Positions 1 through 8,861 of a DNA stretch of 64,000 bases are shown in pieces. Each line of letters opens with the position of its first letter. Within the stretch, counting starts at the first letter, position 1. A program made the position numbers and the translations under genes. The notes beneath the pieces were generated by a model. That model had not been told where the DNA came from, ran no database searches, and saw only the letters and a program-made list of their open reading frames with translations. Source of the stretch: Polyangia bacterium (lineage in GTDB: Bacteria > Myxococcota_A > Polyangia > JAAYKL01); NCBI GenBank assembly GCA_050287845.1, contig JBNKCR010000018.1, positions 1 to 64,000 of the forward strand. The letters are read 5' to 3'.

Positions 1-51
1 GTCACCTTGCCCAGCAAGAGCGCGGTGATGATCACACTGGATCCGCAGTAG
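1..51 (+). CDS. 3' end of an upstream CDS (partial); resembles the C-terminal beta-strand of glycoside hydrolases such as GH51/GH30
   Basis: Frame 1 reads VTLPSKSAVMITLDPQ*; the 'TLPxxSvxxl' ending is typical of GH C-terminal beta-sandwich domains. Only 16 codons are visible. Confidence 0.3.
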   Translation, partial: VTLPSKSAVMITLDPQ

Positions 52-179
52 GCGAAGAACGGGGCAGGGGCAACGAGATAGGTAAAGGCAAAGTCTTCGG
101 TGTGCTCCGCTGTCGGATGTCACACGATCTGGTTGGATATGGATAAACGCTGATAGGGAAAGCGTAGAGGACAGGAAAG

Positions 180-1322
180 ATGAAAACGATACTGACACAG
201 ACAATTGCTGTCTGCTTGATCGCGGTTTCAACGGTCTCTTGTAAAAAAGAGTTGCCGGATCTGGAAGATTGGGAGCCCGTGGGTACGGGGGCCGATGGGG
301 ATACGGATACCGACACGGATACGGACACCGATACTGATTCGGATACGGACACCGATACCGATTCGGATACCGACAGCGATACGGATACATCTACTGATAC
401 CGGCGAAATTTGCGCCGAAACCCAGGTGGAATTCGAAAACCAGATTCCCACCGTGTTGCTCCTGGTAGATCGCTCCACAAGCATGGAGTCGTTTCTGGAA
501 GGTATGGCGACCCGGTGGGACGTGGCTCGGGATGCGCTGATTAACTCGGAGACCGGTTTCATCAAACAGCTCGAAGGGGAGATCCGGTTCGGCCTGACCA
601 CATATGCCGGCGAGGATGCTTCCAAGCCGGGTCAGTGTCCGGCCCTCGACATCGTCGAACCAGACTTGTTCAACTACACGGCTATCGAATCGATGTACAG
701 CGCTGCTGAGCCCCTGATACAGACCCCCACACCCAACGCGGTGGATGCGGCTGCAGACATGCTGCTTCGGGATATTCCCAATTCAAAGAAAATTATCGTA
801 TTGGTCACCGATGGACTGCCCGACACCTGCGACAATCCCGATCCCTATGGCACCGAAGAAGAGGAAGCGGCCCGTCAGGCAGCAGTGGATGCGGTTTCCG
901 CGGCGTTTGGACAGGGTGTCTCCACATACGTTATCAGTGTGGGGCTCGAGGATACCACCGGACACTTCCAGGCGCTGGCCAATGCCGGACTGGGTGTAGA
1001 GGATGCGCCTTACTACGAAACCAACGATCAGGCCGGGCTGATAAAGGCGTTCGAAGATATCATCTACGGCGCCCGCAGCTGCGTTTTCGAATTGCAGGGA
1101 GAAGTCGTGGAAGGGAAAGAAGCGGAATGCGCAGTCGCTTTCGGCGATCCTGATTTGCCAGATACAATGACCGATTTCACTTATGAAGATGCAAATGGAT
1201 GGGTACTCAATTCTAAAAATGAGATGGAGCTGGTGGGTGACGCCTGCGAAACCATTAAAACCGGAGAGGGTGAGCTCGCCGTACAATGCCCATGCGACGC
1301 ATTCGTCGCTGAAGTTGAATGA
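180..1322 (+). CDS. VWA-domain lipoprotein with Asp/Thr repeat linker
   Basis: Signal peptide ending TVSC (lipobox-like), (DT/DS)n tract, MIDAS elements DRSTS...TP...TDG, Cys-containing C-terminal domain. Confidence 0.85.
   Translation: MKTILTQTIAVCLIAVSTVSCKKELPDLEDWEPVGTGADGDTDTDTDTDTDTDSDTDTDTDSDTDSDTDTSTDTGEICAETQVEFENQIPTVLLLVDRSTSMESFLEGMATRWDVARDALINSETGFIKQLEGEIRFGLTTYAGEDASKPGQCPALDIVEPDLFNYTAIESMYSAAEPLIQTPTPNAVDAAADMLLRDIPNSKKIIVLVTDGLPDTCDNPDPYGTEEEEAARQAAVDAVSAAFGQGVSTYVISVGLEDTTGHFQALANAGLGVEDAPYYETNDQAGLIKAFEDIIYGARSCVFELQGEVVEGKEAECAVAFGDPDLPDTMTDFTYEDANGWVLNSKNEMELVGDACETIKTGEGELAVQCPCDAFVAEVE
294..404 (+). repeat. Coding low-complexity (Asp-Thr/Asp-Ser)n repeat
   Basis: Degenerate 6-nt units gatacg/gatacc/gacacg/gattcg encoding DGDTDTDTDT...DTSTDTG. 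Confidence 0.95.
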
Positions 1323-1369
1323 GTACCTCGCCTTTACTTTTATTCCACTGAATTGAATCATCCATAAAA

Positions 1370-2329
1370 TCAGATAAGCAGCGGTTCCATATCCTTGGGA
1401 AGAGAGGATTCGATACACACGGTTTTACCGGTGTACGGATGGACAAATGTCAGTTTATGGGCATGCAGCGCTTGTCTGAAATGGCCGGCCCGCGCTATGA
1501 TGGAATCGGAGAGACCTTCCTGCATGTAGTCCAGGAACAACTCCTCATCCTCCGCATACAGTTTGTCACCAACAATAATATGCCCCATGTGCTTGAGATG
1601 TACCCGCAACTGATGTTGTCTGCCGGTGCGGGGTTTGAGGCGCAGGAGGGAGCGGGTCGCGGTTTTTTCCAGGGTTTCATATTCTGTCAGCGCTGGCAGC
1701 CCTTCGGGATCTCCGGTCCACATTCTCGCTTTGATGATGGTTCGCGGATCCGGCGAAATGGGCGCTTCGATCCGTCCTGTCTCCGGCAAAAGGATGCCGT
1801 TGATAATGGCCAGATACTCTTTTTCCACCTGTCGTCTGGCAAACATCCCTTTGGCGGTGCGTTCGGCATCCAGCGTTTTTCCACATAATACAATACCCGA
1901 TGTTTCCGCATCCAGCCGGTGGACCAGTTGGGGTCTGTTTTCGGCACCGTACATTTCTTCAAGAATGTAGGTGAGGGTATTTTTCAGATATTTGGCAGTG
2001 GGATGGACCGGGAGTCTGGGCGGCTTATCCACGGCAATGAACCAGTCGTCATCGTAGATAATCTGCACATCCTTGCAGACATCCGGCTCGTCCGGGGGTT
2101 CTTTGAAAATAACGACCACGTCATCGGTGCGCAGCATTCGGTTGGGCTTGATGGGTTTGCCGGTCTGATCAAAAGCGAAGGATTTCAGGATGCGCTGGAC
2201 CCGATTTCTGGAGAGTCGGGGAATCTTGTGCGCCACAAACCGATCGGCTCGCCAACCGGAAAACTCCTTGACCACCGGGATGGTTAACTCCAGATATTCC
2301 GGTGGTATATGTTCAGGCCTGTCAATCAT
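1370..2329 (-). CDS. RluA/RluD-family pseudouridine synthase with N-terminal S4-like domain
   Basis: VHRLDAETSG catalytic motif, KPRTGRQHQLRVHL, GDKLY, QALHA; start taken at MIDRPEH (2329). Confidence 0.92.
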   Translation of the reverse strand: MIDRPEHIPPEYLELTIPVVKEFSGWRADRFVAHKIPRLSRNRVQRILKSFAFDQTGKPIKPNRMLRTDDVVVIFKEPPDEPDVCKDVQIIYDDDWFIAVDKPPRLPVHPTAKYLKNTLTYILEEMYGAENRPQLVHRLDAETSGIVLCGKTLDAERTAKGMFARRQVEKEYLAIINGILLPETGRIEAPISPDPRTIIKARMWTGDPEGLPALTEYETLEKTATRSLLRLKPRTGRQHQLRVHLKHMGHIIVGDKLYAEDEELFLDYMQEGLSDSIIARAGHFRQALHAHKLTFVHPYTGKTVCIESSLPKDMEPLLI

Positions 2330-2439
2330 CCGCGGCAATATAGCAAAGCGGAACTGCCAGCGCAATTTGCTATTGTGTAATCGGCCGGACTCATGCACTT
2401 TGAGCAGTGTCGTTTTGCGAGGAAGGAGATATATACAGC

Positions 2440-3192
2440 ATGAAATTGGTTTCGTGGAATGTGAACGGGATTCGCGCTGCCCTGAAAAAAAGTGCGGATG
2501 AATCGCTGGTATCCCTGGATGCGGATATTATCTGCCTCCAGGAAGTACGGGCGCTGCCCGATCAGTTTGAGTTGAAGTTGGCCGGATTTAACGCATTCTG
2601 GAATCCCGCAGAAAAAAAAGGGTACTCCGGTACAGGCATCCTTTCCAAAGTCCCGTTTATCAATGTTTCTCATGGAATCGGTATTGAAGCGCTGGACACC
2701 GAAGGGCGGGTAGTCACTGCCGAGACCGAAGCGTTCTATCTGGTCACCGTATATACGCCGAATTCCCAGCGGGGACTCGCCCGTCTCGACTATCGGACCC
2801 GGGTGTGGGACACCGCATTCAGAGAGTATCTGGTTCACCTGGATGCAAAGAAACCGGTGATTTTTTGTGGGGACTTGAATGTGGCCCATGAAGAAATTGA
2901 TTTGGCCAATCCCAAATCGAATATGAAGAATGCCGGATTCACTCCTGAAGAGCGGCAAAGCTTCACGCAACTGCTGGCATCGGGCTTTGTCGATTCGTTC
3001 CGGGCATTCTGCAAGGATGGCGGCCATTATACGTGGTGGAGCAATTTCGGAAAATCCCGGGAACGGAACATTGGGTGGCGCATTGACTATTTCGGAGTGT
3101 CCGAGCGTCTGCGGGCTCGAATGCGGAGCGCGTCCATTCACCCGAACATTTTCGGCTCTGATCACTGCCCCATCTCCCTTGATATTGCCTGA
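2440..3192 (+). CDS. xth: Exodeoxyribonuclease III
   Basis: MKLVSWNVNGIRA, LQE, GYSG, GDLNVAH, GWRIDY, GSDHCP; GGAG RBS before ATG 2440. Confidence 0.95.
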   Translation: MKLVSWNVNGIRAALKKSADESLVSLDADIICLQEVRALPDQFELKLAGFNAFWNPAEKKGYSGTGILSKVPFINVSHGIGIEALDTEGRVVTAETEAFYLVTVYTPNSQRGLARLDYRTRVWDTAFREYLVHLDAKKPVIFCGDLNVAHEEIDLANPKSNMKNAGFTPEERQSFTQLLASGFVDSFRAFCKDGGHYTWWSNFGKSRERNIGWRIDYFGVSERLRARMRSASIHPNIFGSDHCPISLDIA

Positions 3193-3339
3193 CGCCATAT
3201 TTTTCCGCAGCAAAATCGGTTGGAGAACGCAGGTTTGAGTTGATGCGCGGCATATCCCGGTTTATAAAATATAACAATACAGCAAATCTTATTTCAGACG
3301 CATCAACGAACCTCGCGGTTACTCGCAGGTTCAGGAGTA

Positions 3340-4662
3340 TTGGACGAAACAATCTGTATGGCATTGGACTACGAGAAAACATTTCTTGATACTGCCAAAG
3401 ACAGCATTCCCCCTGGACACGTCTGCGATGCACCGGTGGTTGTGCTTATTGCAGACGACGATCCCGTTTCCCGGCGCATTCTGAGTAAATCGCTTCATCG
3501 GGCGGAATATGAAGTGGTAACCGTGACCGATGGCGATCAGGCGCGGGATATACTCCTCAGCGATCGGCCGCCGGATATTGCCCTGCTGGACTGGGTAATG
3601 CCCGGAACGTCCGGCATTGAGCTTTGCAGAATTATCTCCTCCAAAGTATCGCGATTCGTGTTTACAGTTCTCATTACCGCCAAAGGAGATGTGAGCGATA
3701 TCATTGAAGGCCTGCAGTCCGGCGCCCACGAGTTTCTGGCCAAGCCCATCAATGTGGCAGAATTCAACGTGAGAATGAGCGCAGCGGTTCGCATTCTGAA
3801 ATACGAACGGGAGCTGAAGCAGAAGAACGGAGAAATTGCCAGATATGCCCGTATTATGGAGGATCTTGCCGCAACCCGGGCGAAACAGCTGGTTCATGCA
3901 GAACGGCTGGCCACTCTGGGAATGCTTTCTGCCGGGATAGGCCACGAAATCAAGAATCCGGTTTCGTATGTATCCGGGAATATACAGATTATCAAAAGGT
4001 ATCAGGCCACCATTCTTCATGCCATCGGCTACACCCTTGAATCCGGGACCGGAGATAAGAATCATCTGAAAATGGTGCACGACAACCTGCCGGGGCTTTT
4101 AAGCGCAGCGCATGAAGGGTTGCGAACCATCACCAATATTCTCGAAGGGCTGAGCAAATTCGCCCGCCGGGGCAGTTCCGCGCGGGTGCGTGCGCACGTG
4201 GAGCAATGTATTGATGATGCCATTGAGTTGAGCCGGAATAAATGGAAGTATCATGTGGCGGTAAATAAAGACTGTGACGCAATGCCGGACATCGATATCA
4301 ATGTTCAGGAAATCACTCAGGTCGTGGTCAATCTGTTGGTGAACGCATCGGACGCCATGCACGAGCGGGACGATGGAAAAGACAGCGTGATTGACATTTC
4401 CCTCAAACCCAACGGCCAATATCAACGGATTGTGGTGGCAGACAACGGCCCCGGGATTCCGGAACACCTCCGGGAGGATATATGGGATCCGTTTTTCACC
4501 ACCAAACCTTCGGGCAAGGGAACCGGACTTGGGCTCGCCATCTGCAGCGGCATTGTCGAAGAGCATGGCGGAGACATCTTTTATAAGAATCTGCCCAGCG
4601 GCGGTGCATGCTTTATCATCGATTTGCCCTCCACCGAAACGCGACCCAGTCTTGTTTCCTGA
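3340..4662 (+). CDS. Hybrid receiver / sensor histidine kinase (REC-HisKA-HATPase_c)
   Basis: IADDD...LLDWVMP...ITAK...KP receiver; [11 protein letters not shown]-box; NLLVNA, DNGPG, PFFTTK, GTGLGL boxes. Confidence 0.93.
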   Translation: MDETICMALDYEKTFLDTAKDSIPPGHVCDAPVVVLIADDDPVSRRILSKSLHRAEYEVVTVTDGDQARDILLSDRPPDIALLDWVMPGTSGIELCRIISSKVSRFVFTVLITAKGDVSDIIEGLQSGAHEFLAKPINVAEFNVRMSAAVRILKYERELKQKNGEIARYARIMEDLAATRAKQLVHAERLATLGMLSAGIGHEIKNPVSYVSGNIQIIKRYQATILHAIGYTLESGTGDKNHLKMVHDNLPGLLSAAHEGLRTITNILEGLSKFARRGSSARVRAHVEQCIDDAIELSRNKWKYHVAVNKDCDAMPDIDINVQEITQVVVNLLVNASDAMHERDDGKDSVIDISLKPNGQYQRIVVADNGPGIPEHLREDIWDPFFTTKPSGKGTGLGLAICSGIVEEHGGDIFYKNLPSGGACFIIDLPSTETRPSLVS

Positions 4663-4665
4663 GAA

Positions 4666-4695
4666 GCGTGCCTGACACGCCAGTTTTTTGTTTTT
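4666..4695 (+). terminator. Possible weak intrinsic terminator
   Basis: GCGTG-cctga-CACGC hairpin followed by cagTTTTTTgTTTTT, just after the kinase stop codon. Confidence 0.35.
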
Positions 4696-4722
4696 CACAT
4701 CGAAAACAGGCATAGTCATGCC

Positions 4723-5253
4723 ATGAAACGCTTTCATTATTTTTTATATTCTCTTCTGTTCATCTGCACCATGGGGGCGGGCCCCTGTGATATCATTGAT
4801 AAGGGCGGTGATAGTGACGACGGCGATGACGCTGCGGATGCCACATGCGCAACCACCAATGTGACATGCAAACATTCGCTGGATATTGACGTCCTGCTGG
4901 CGGATGCAACGGAGTATCCGGCCGGGATGTACACTTTTGAAATCATTGCGCCGGACGAGAAACGCACGCGCTATGTCATTGAGTGCTACTTACCCCGGGC
5001 GGATTTTCGCATGGAAGAATGCACCGGAAACGTGCAGGAACTCCAGGCCCAGATAGATGCCACCGATTATACAAACATCCATTTCTATGTGAACGGCGCA
5101 CCAGAATCCTGTGAGTTTCTGGTGTATTATAACGATTGGTTGCTGCTGGATAAAGTGCTGGTGCCTGACTATGATATTAGCTATCCAAACGGCGAAAATT
5201 GTACTCCCAAGTGTTTCAATGGTGAAGAAGCCGTTGCCGTTGTGATTCATTAA
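4723..5253 (+). CDS. Hypothetical secreted protein or lipoprotein, Cys-containing
   Basis: Hydrophobic N-terminus ending MGAGPC, short acidic GGDSDDGDD tract, C-terminal YPNGENCTPKC motif. Confidence 0.7.
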   Translation: MKRFHYFLYSLLFICTMGAGPCDIIDKGGDSDDGDDAADATCATTNVTCKHSLDIDVLLADATEYPAGMYTFEIIAPDEKRTRYVIECYLPRADFRMEECTGNVQELQAQIDATDYTNIHFYVNGAPESCEFLVYYNDWLLLDKVLVPDYDISYPNGENCTPKCFNGEEAVAVVIH

Positions 5254-5289
5254 GCGTAAGACTGACCACCGATAGACTCGTCGGCGTTA

Positions 5290-6669
5290 TTGAAAACGCC
5301 GAGTTACAGAGGTGGTAATCGTTTGACGTTGAATTTGTACAGTTGGTGTTTCATCATTTTCTTTGTTCTGCATCATGGTCTGGAGATTGCACTGGCCCTG
5401 CTGCAACTCTCCCATCTGAAGCGGCGAAAAAAAAAAGTTCCCAAACATCTTAAAGGAAAAGTGTCTGTTGAGACCATTCGGAAGGCAGTCCGCTACAACC
5501 AGGAAAAATTGCGATTTGGCCTGTTGATACGAGGGCTGGAGATGATTCCGCTCTGGATGATGCTTTTGGGTGGCTTCGCTCTGTTCGACACATGGTGTTC
5601 ATCCATCGGCGCCGGTCCTGTGATTACCGGGCTGCTGTTTATCGGAGGATTGAGTCTGGCCGGCAGCATCCTGAGTCTCCCCGGAAATCTGTACTTCACC
5701 TTTGTGATTGAGCAGCGACACGGGTTCAATAAGCAGGGCGCGGTTGATTTTTTCAAGGATCAGCTGAAAGGTGCACTCATCGGTGCGTTCCTTGGCGGCA
5801 TTCTGCTCAGCCTGCTGCTGCTGATCATGGAGTTTTCCGACTACTGGTGGATTCTGGCCTATGGCGTTGTGCTCGTGTTTCAACTATTGATGATGTGGAT
5901 TTACCCACTGGTCATCATGCCCCTGTTCAATAAATTTGAACCGGTAGAGGGAGAGTTGGCAGAACATGTGGCTCATCTGGCGCACCAGGTGGGATTTCCG
6001 CTTAAAGGTGTTGTCTCCATGGATGGCTCGCGCAGATCCGCTCATTCCAACGCCTTTATCATCGGTTTCAGAGGTGCGCGCCGAATCGTGCTGTTTGATA
6101 CGCTGATTGAAAAAATCTCGACGTCGCAGCTGGTTGCCGTCCTGGCGCATGAGTTGGGGCACTACAAGCTGGGACATATCCGCAAACGGCTTGCGGTAAC
6201 CATGGTACTCGGGCTGGGTGTGTTCTATCTGTTGTACTGGATGTCCCTGCAGCCGGGGCTTTACACCGGACTTGGATTCGACCATCGAAGCTCGTATGCC
6301 GCCCTGGTGGTATTCAGCCTCCTTTTTTCCGAAATGACCTTTCCATTCGGATTCCTGTCCCGGGTGTTTTCCAGACGGGATGAGTATGCTGCTGATCGAT
6401 TCGCCGTGAATGCGGTGAAAAACAGTTTCGATTTGAAGGAGGCGCTGATTGCGCTGACCAAACAGAATCTGTCCAGTCCCGGCTCCCACAAATGGTATCG
6501 GGGATATTACAACTCTCACCCTTCATTGCGGGAACGGTTGAAAGCCATTGATGCCGAAGCCCGGAAAGGAAACTTTCCCCTGAAGCCGGTGGACGAAGCG
6601 ACGCAGTCAGATGGCGTTGATGTATACGGCTCTGTGTCGGACGAACGACACGATACCGTGGATCAGTGA
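5290..6669 (+). CDS. M48 family zinc metallopeptidase (Ste24-like); start uncertain
   Basis: Several TM segments, DGSRRSAHSNAF, HELGH zinc motif, EYAAD, SHPSL. Confidence 0.92.
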   Translation: MKTPSYRGGNRLTLNLYSWCFIIFFVLHHGLEIALALLQLSHLKRRKKKVPKHLKGKVSVETIRKAVRYNQEKLRFGLLIRGLEMIPLWMMLLGGFALFDTWCSSIGAGPVITGLLFIGGLSLAGSILSLPGNLYFTFVIEQRHGFNKQGAVDFFKDQLKGALIGAFLGGILLSLLLLIMEFSDYWWILAYGVVLVFQLLMMWIYPLVIMPLFNKFEPVEGELAEHVAHLAHQVGFPLKGVVSMDGSRRSAHSNAFIIGFRGARRIVLFDTLIEKISTSQLVAVLAHELGHYKLGHIRKRLAVTMVLGLGVFYLLYWMSLQPGLYTGLGFDHRSSYAALVVFSLLFSEMTFPFGFLSRVFSRRDEYAADRFAVNAVKNSFDLKEALIALTKQNLSSPGSHKWYRGYYNSHPSLRERLKAIDAEARKGNFPLKPVDEATQSDGVDVYGSVSDERHDTVDQ

Positions 6670-7701
6670 TACCAGGGTCGCTAGGGCGAGAAGGATTTCC
6701 CCCAGGGGATATGCGGGCATCAGATTCATCTTGCCAACCACGAAGGCGCTCCCGGCCAATGTCACTTCGAGAAGAGACTTTAACGCGAGCCAACGAAATC
6801 GCAGCTGAATCTTTTTGGATGCCAGTAGATTGGCCAGCCCTCCGGTGGCGAGCTCGAATGTAATGGCAAGAATGATGAGCATGCTCATTCCTGTTGTTTT
6901 AAACAGTCCAATAGGAAGCAGAAACGCTGTGGGAACCAGGATTCCCTCCAGAATGAATCGGCCGGCTTCCCTCACGCCGCCCGGCTTCCCCTTCAACGCG
7001 GACCAGGCGTCCGCCAGATAGGAAAAACCGCTGAATACCGTGAGCGATGTTACGCTGTACACCAGTATTCGCGTGCTCCAGGTGATACCGCCCACGTAGT
7101 AAATCGCTGCGAACAGCGACATCAGAACCGCCATGGTGCCGCTGCGCATCCCCGTCTTTTTACGGGAGATAATCCAACGGTACGCCACGTATCCAACAGG
7201 GACGCCGGCGGATGCGGCAAAAAGATAAAACGGCGTCATGTTGGATGGTGAATGCAGTGCGCCAATCACAATGGTCAGAACGTAGCCCACCGCCATCATC
7301 TGAATGGCAGTCTTGAACTTGGCCAGTGTGGAGGTGCGCATGGGCGCATCCCGAAGGGATAGGCTGGTCCGAAGCGAGGTCACCAGAAAATCTCTGCAGA
7401 ACATGGGAATGAGCAGCCACACTGGAAACACAATCATATCTGTTCCGGGGAGAAGACGTTCTGCAAAGGGGATAAAACAAACTGCGATGAAAATTTTGTC
7501 CGCAATAGGGTCGAGTAATCCGCCCAGAACGGTCGGTCCGTCCCGTCGCGCCATTCGCCCATCGATCCAGTCGGTAATCCCCAGGAGAATGATGGCAACG
7601 AGAGCAACGTACAGCTCCGGTATATCCCGGTACAGCAGGTATCCGGGAATCGGCATCAGCACGATTCGCGCAACCGTCACCATGTTCGCTGTTATTTTCA
7701 A
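6607..7701 (-). CDS. CDP-alcohol phosphatidyltransferase (PgsA-like) with long C-terminal membrane extension
   Basis: ANMVTVARI N-terminus and DWIDGRMARR...GGLLDPIADK signature; TTG start with GAGGA RBS. Confidence 0.88.
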   Translation of the reverse strand: MKITANMVTVARIVLMPIPGYLLYRDIPELYVALVAIILLGITDWIDGRMARRDGPTVLGGLLDPIADKIFIAVCFIPFAERLLPGTDMIVFPVWLLIPMFCRDFLVTSLRTSLSLRDAPMRTSTLAKFKTAIQMMAVGYVLTIVIGALHSPSNMTPFYLFAASAGVPVGYVAYRWIISRKKTGMRSGTMAVLMSLFAAIYYVGGITWSTRILVYSVTSLTVFSGFSYLADAWSALKGKPGGVREAGRFILEGILVPTAFLLPIGLFKTTGMSMLIILAITFELATGGLANLLASKKIQLRFRWLALKSLLEVTLAGSAFVVGKMNLMPAYPLGEILLALATLVSLIHGIVSFVRHRAVYINAI

Positions 7702-7737
7702 TGTATCCTCGTCCCCCGAAAGGTAATATCAACGCGT

Positions 7738-7751
7738 CGTGAACGTTCACG
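7738..7751. promoter_or_regulatory. Perfect 14-bp palindrome, candidate operator
   Basis: CGTGAACGTTCACG between divergent pgsA-like and trmH genes. Confidence 0.4.
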
Positions 7752-7891
7752 TATTCCCTGAACAACACCGGGACAATGCCGTCATCTCGTAGATTTGGCA
7801 AGAGATTATTGGTTGAATTCCTTCCGTTTTTTTTTATCAGTTCCTTTTTCTGAGTGGATTTTTTTTGCTCTCTGAGTACTCTCTCGTGCCC

Positions 7892-8605
7892 ATGACAGTG
7901 AAATTCAAACGTAAAATCAGTTCAGATGCTTTCACTCCAACGCGGCAATCCGAAAAAGAACTGCAACTGGCGGTGACAGCGCCGCAGAAGGTCCATGCCA
8001 TGCTCGGGCATATACTGTCTGAGGAAAGAAAAGAAGTTATCGAAAACGTTATTTCCCATCGCACAAATCGATTGCATGTGGCCATCGAAGGCGTGCACGA
8101 CCCCCACAATACAGCAGCAATCATTCGCACCGCCGATGCGTTCGGGGTTCAGAATATTCACATCATTGAAGGCGCAACCCGCTTTCGGTCTTCGGCATCG
8201 GTAACTCAGGGCGCCCATAAATGGATTGATGTGCACATGTACGCGGACTCGGCGACGTTTATTGCGCAGATGCAAAGCGAGGGAATCAGGGTCCTGGTAG
8301 CCGCGATGGACGGAGCCGAGAACGTTTCGGATGTGACAGTTGACCGTCCGACCGTACTTGTTTTTGGTAATGAAGCAGAAGGAATTTCTGAGCAAATGCG
8401 ACAGCTCGCCGACGGTGCGTTTAAAATTCCGATGTACGGATTTGTTGAAAGCTTCAATGTCTCTGTTGCAGCCGGAATCAGTATTGCCACTATTCGAAAG
8501 CGCGGCGAAGGACATCTGACCGATGAGGAACAGGCGATACTCAGGGCCAGATATTATCTTCGTTCGGTTCGCGCTGGGTACGATATTGTAACGCGCGCCA
8601 TGTGA
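7892..8605 (+). CDS. trmH: TrmH/SpoU-family RNA 2'-O-methyltransferase
   Basis: DPHNTAAIIRTADAFG, GAHKW, VFGNEAEG, IPMYGFVESFNVSVAA. Confidence 0.88.
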   Translation: MTVKFKRKISSDAFTPTRQSEKELQLAVTAPQKVHAMLGHILSEERKEVIENVISHRTNRLHVAIEGVHDPHNTAAIIRTADAFGVQNIHIIEGATRFRSSASVTQGAHKWIDVHMYADSATFIAQMQSEGIRVLVAAMDGAENVSDVTVDRPTVLVFGNEAEGISEQMRQLADGAFKIPMYGFVESFNVSVAAGISIATIRKRGEGHLTDEEQAILRARYYLRSVRAGYDIVTRAM

Positions 8606-8861
8606 TATTTTCGTAATTTTATCTATTTCCCGCGTCCAGTCAGCTGAAAAATGGCCCAGGATGTTTCTCTCAGGGGACTGGTAAGGTGTATCTATCAGTT
8701 CTTCACATTTATATTTATAAGGATTGCTAATATTTATTAAGACGTCAGTTGATTTATTTGTTAAAGTGTCATTAGGCTGAATCAGACGGGCAATTCGTGT
8801 GTTTTGAACAGTGAATGACACTTGATTCAGCTGGATGATGTGGTCCAACGGAGGATAGAAA

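Noticed and set aside
294..404. Short periodic repeats considered as a CRISPR array or VNTR
   Set aside because: 6-nt degenerate coding periodicity with no constant repeat and unique spacer structure; no cas genes in the window.
32..625. Long antisense ORFs with (SV)n tracts (also 7922..9139 -)
   Set aside because: They mirror the Asp-Thr repeats on the coding strand, which lack antisense stop codons; no independent coding signal.
6607..6669. Convergent 3' overlaps (M48/pgsA-like 63 nt; DUF3943/nadE 27812-27845)
   Set aside because: Short tail-to-tail overlaps of low-constraint C-termini are common; no sign of function.
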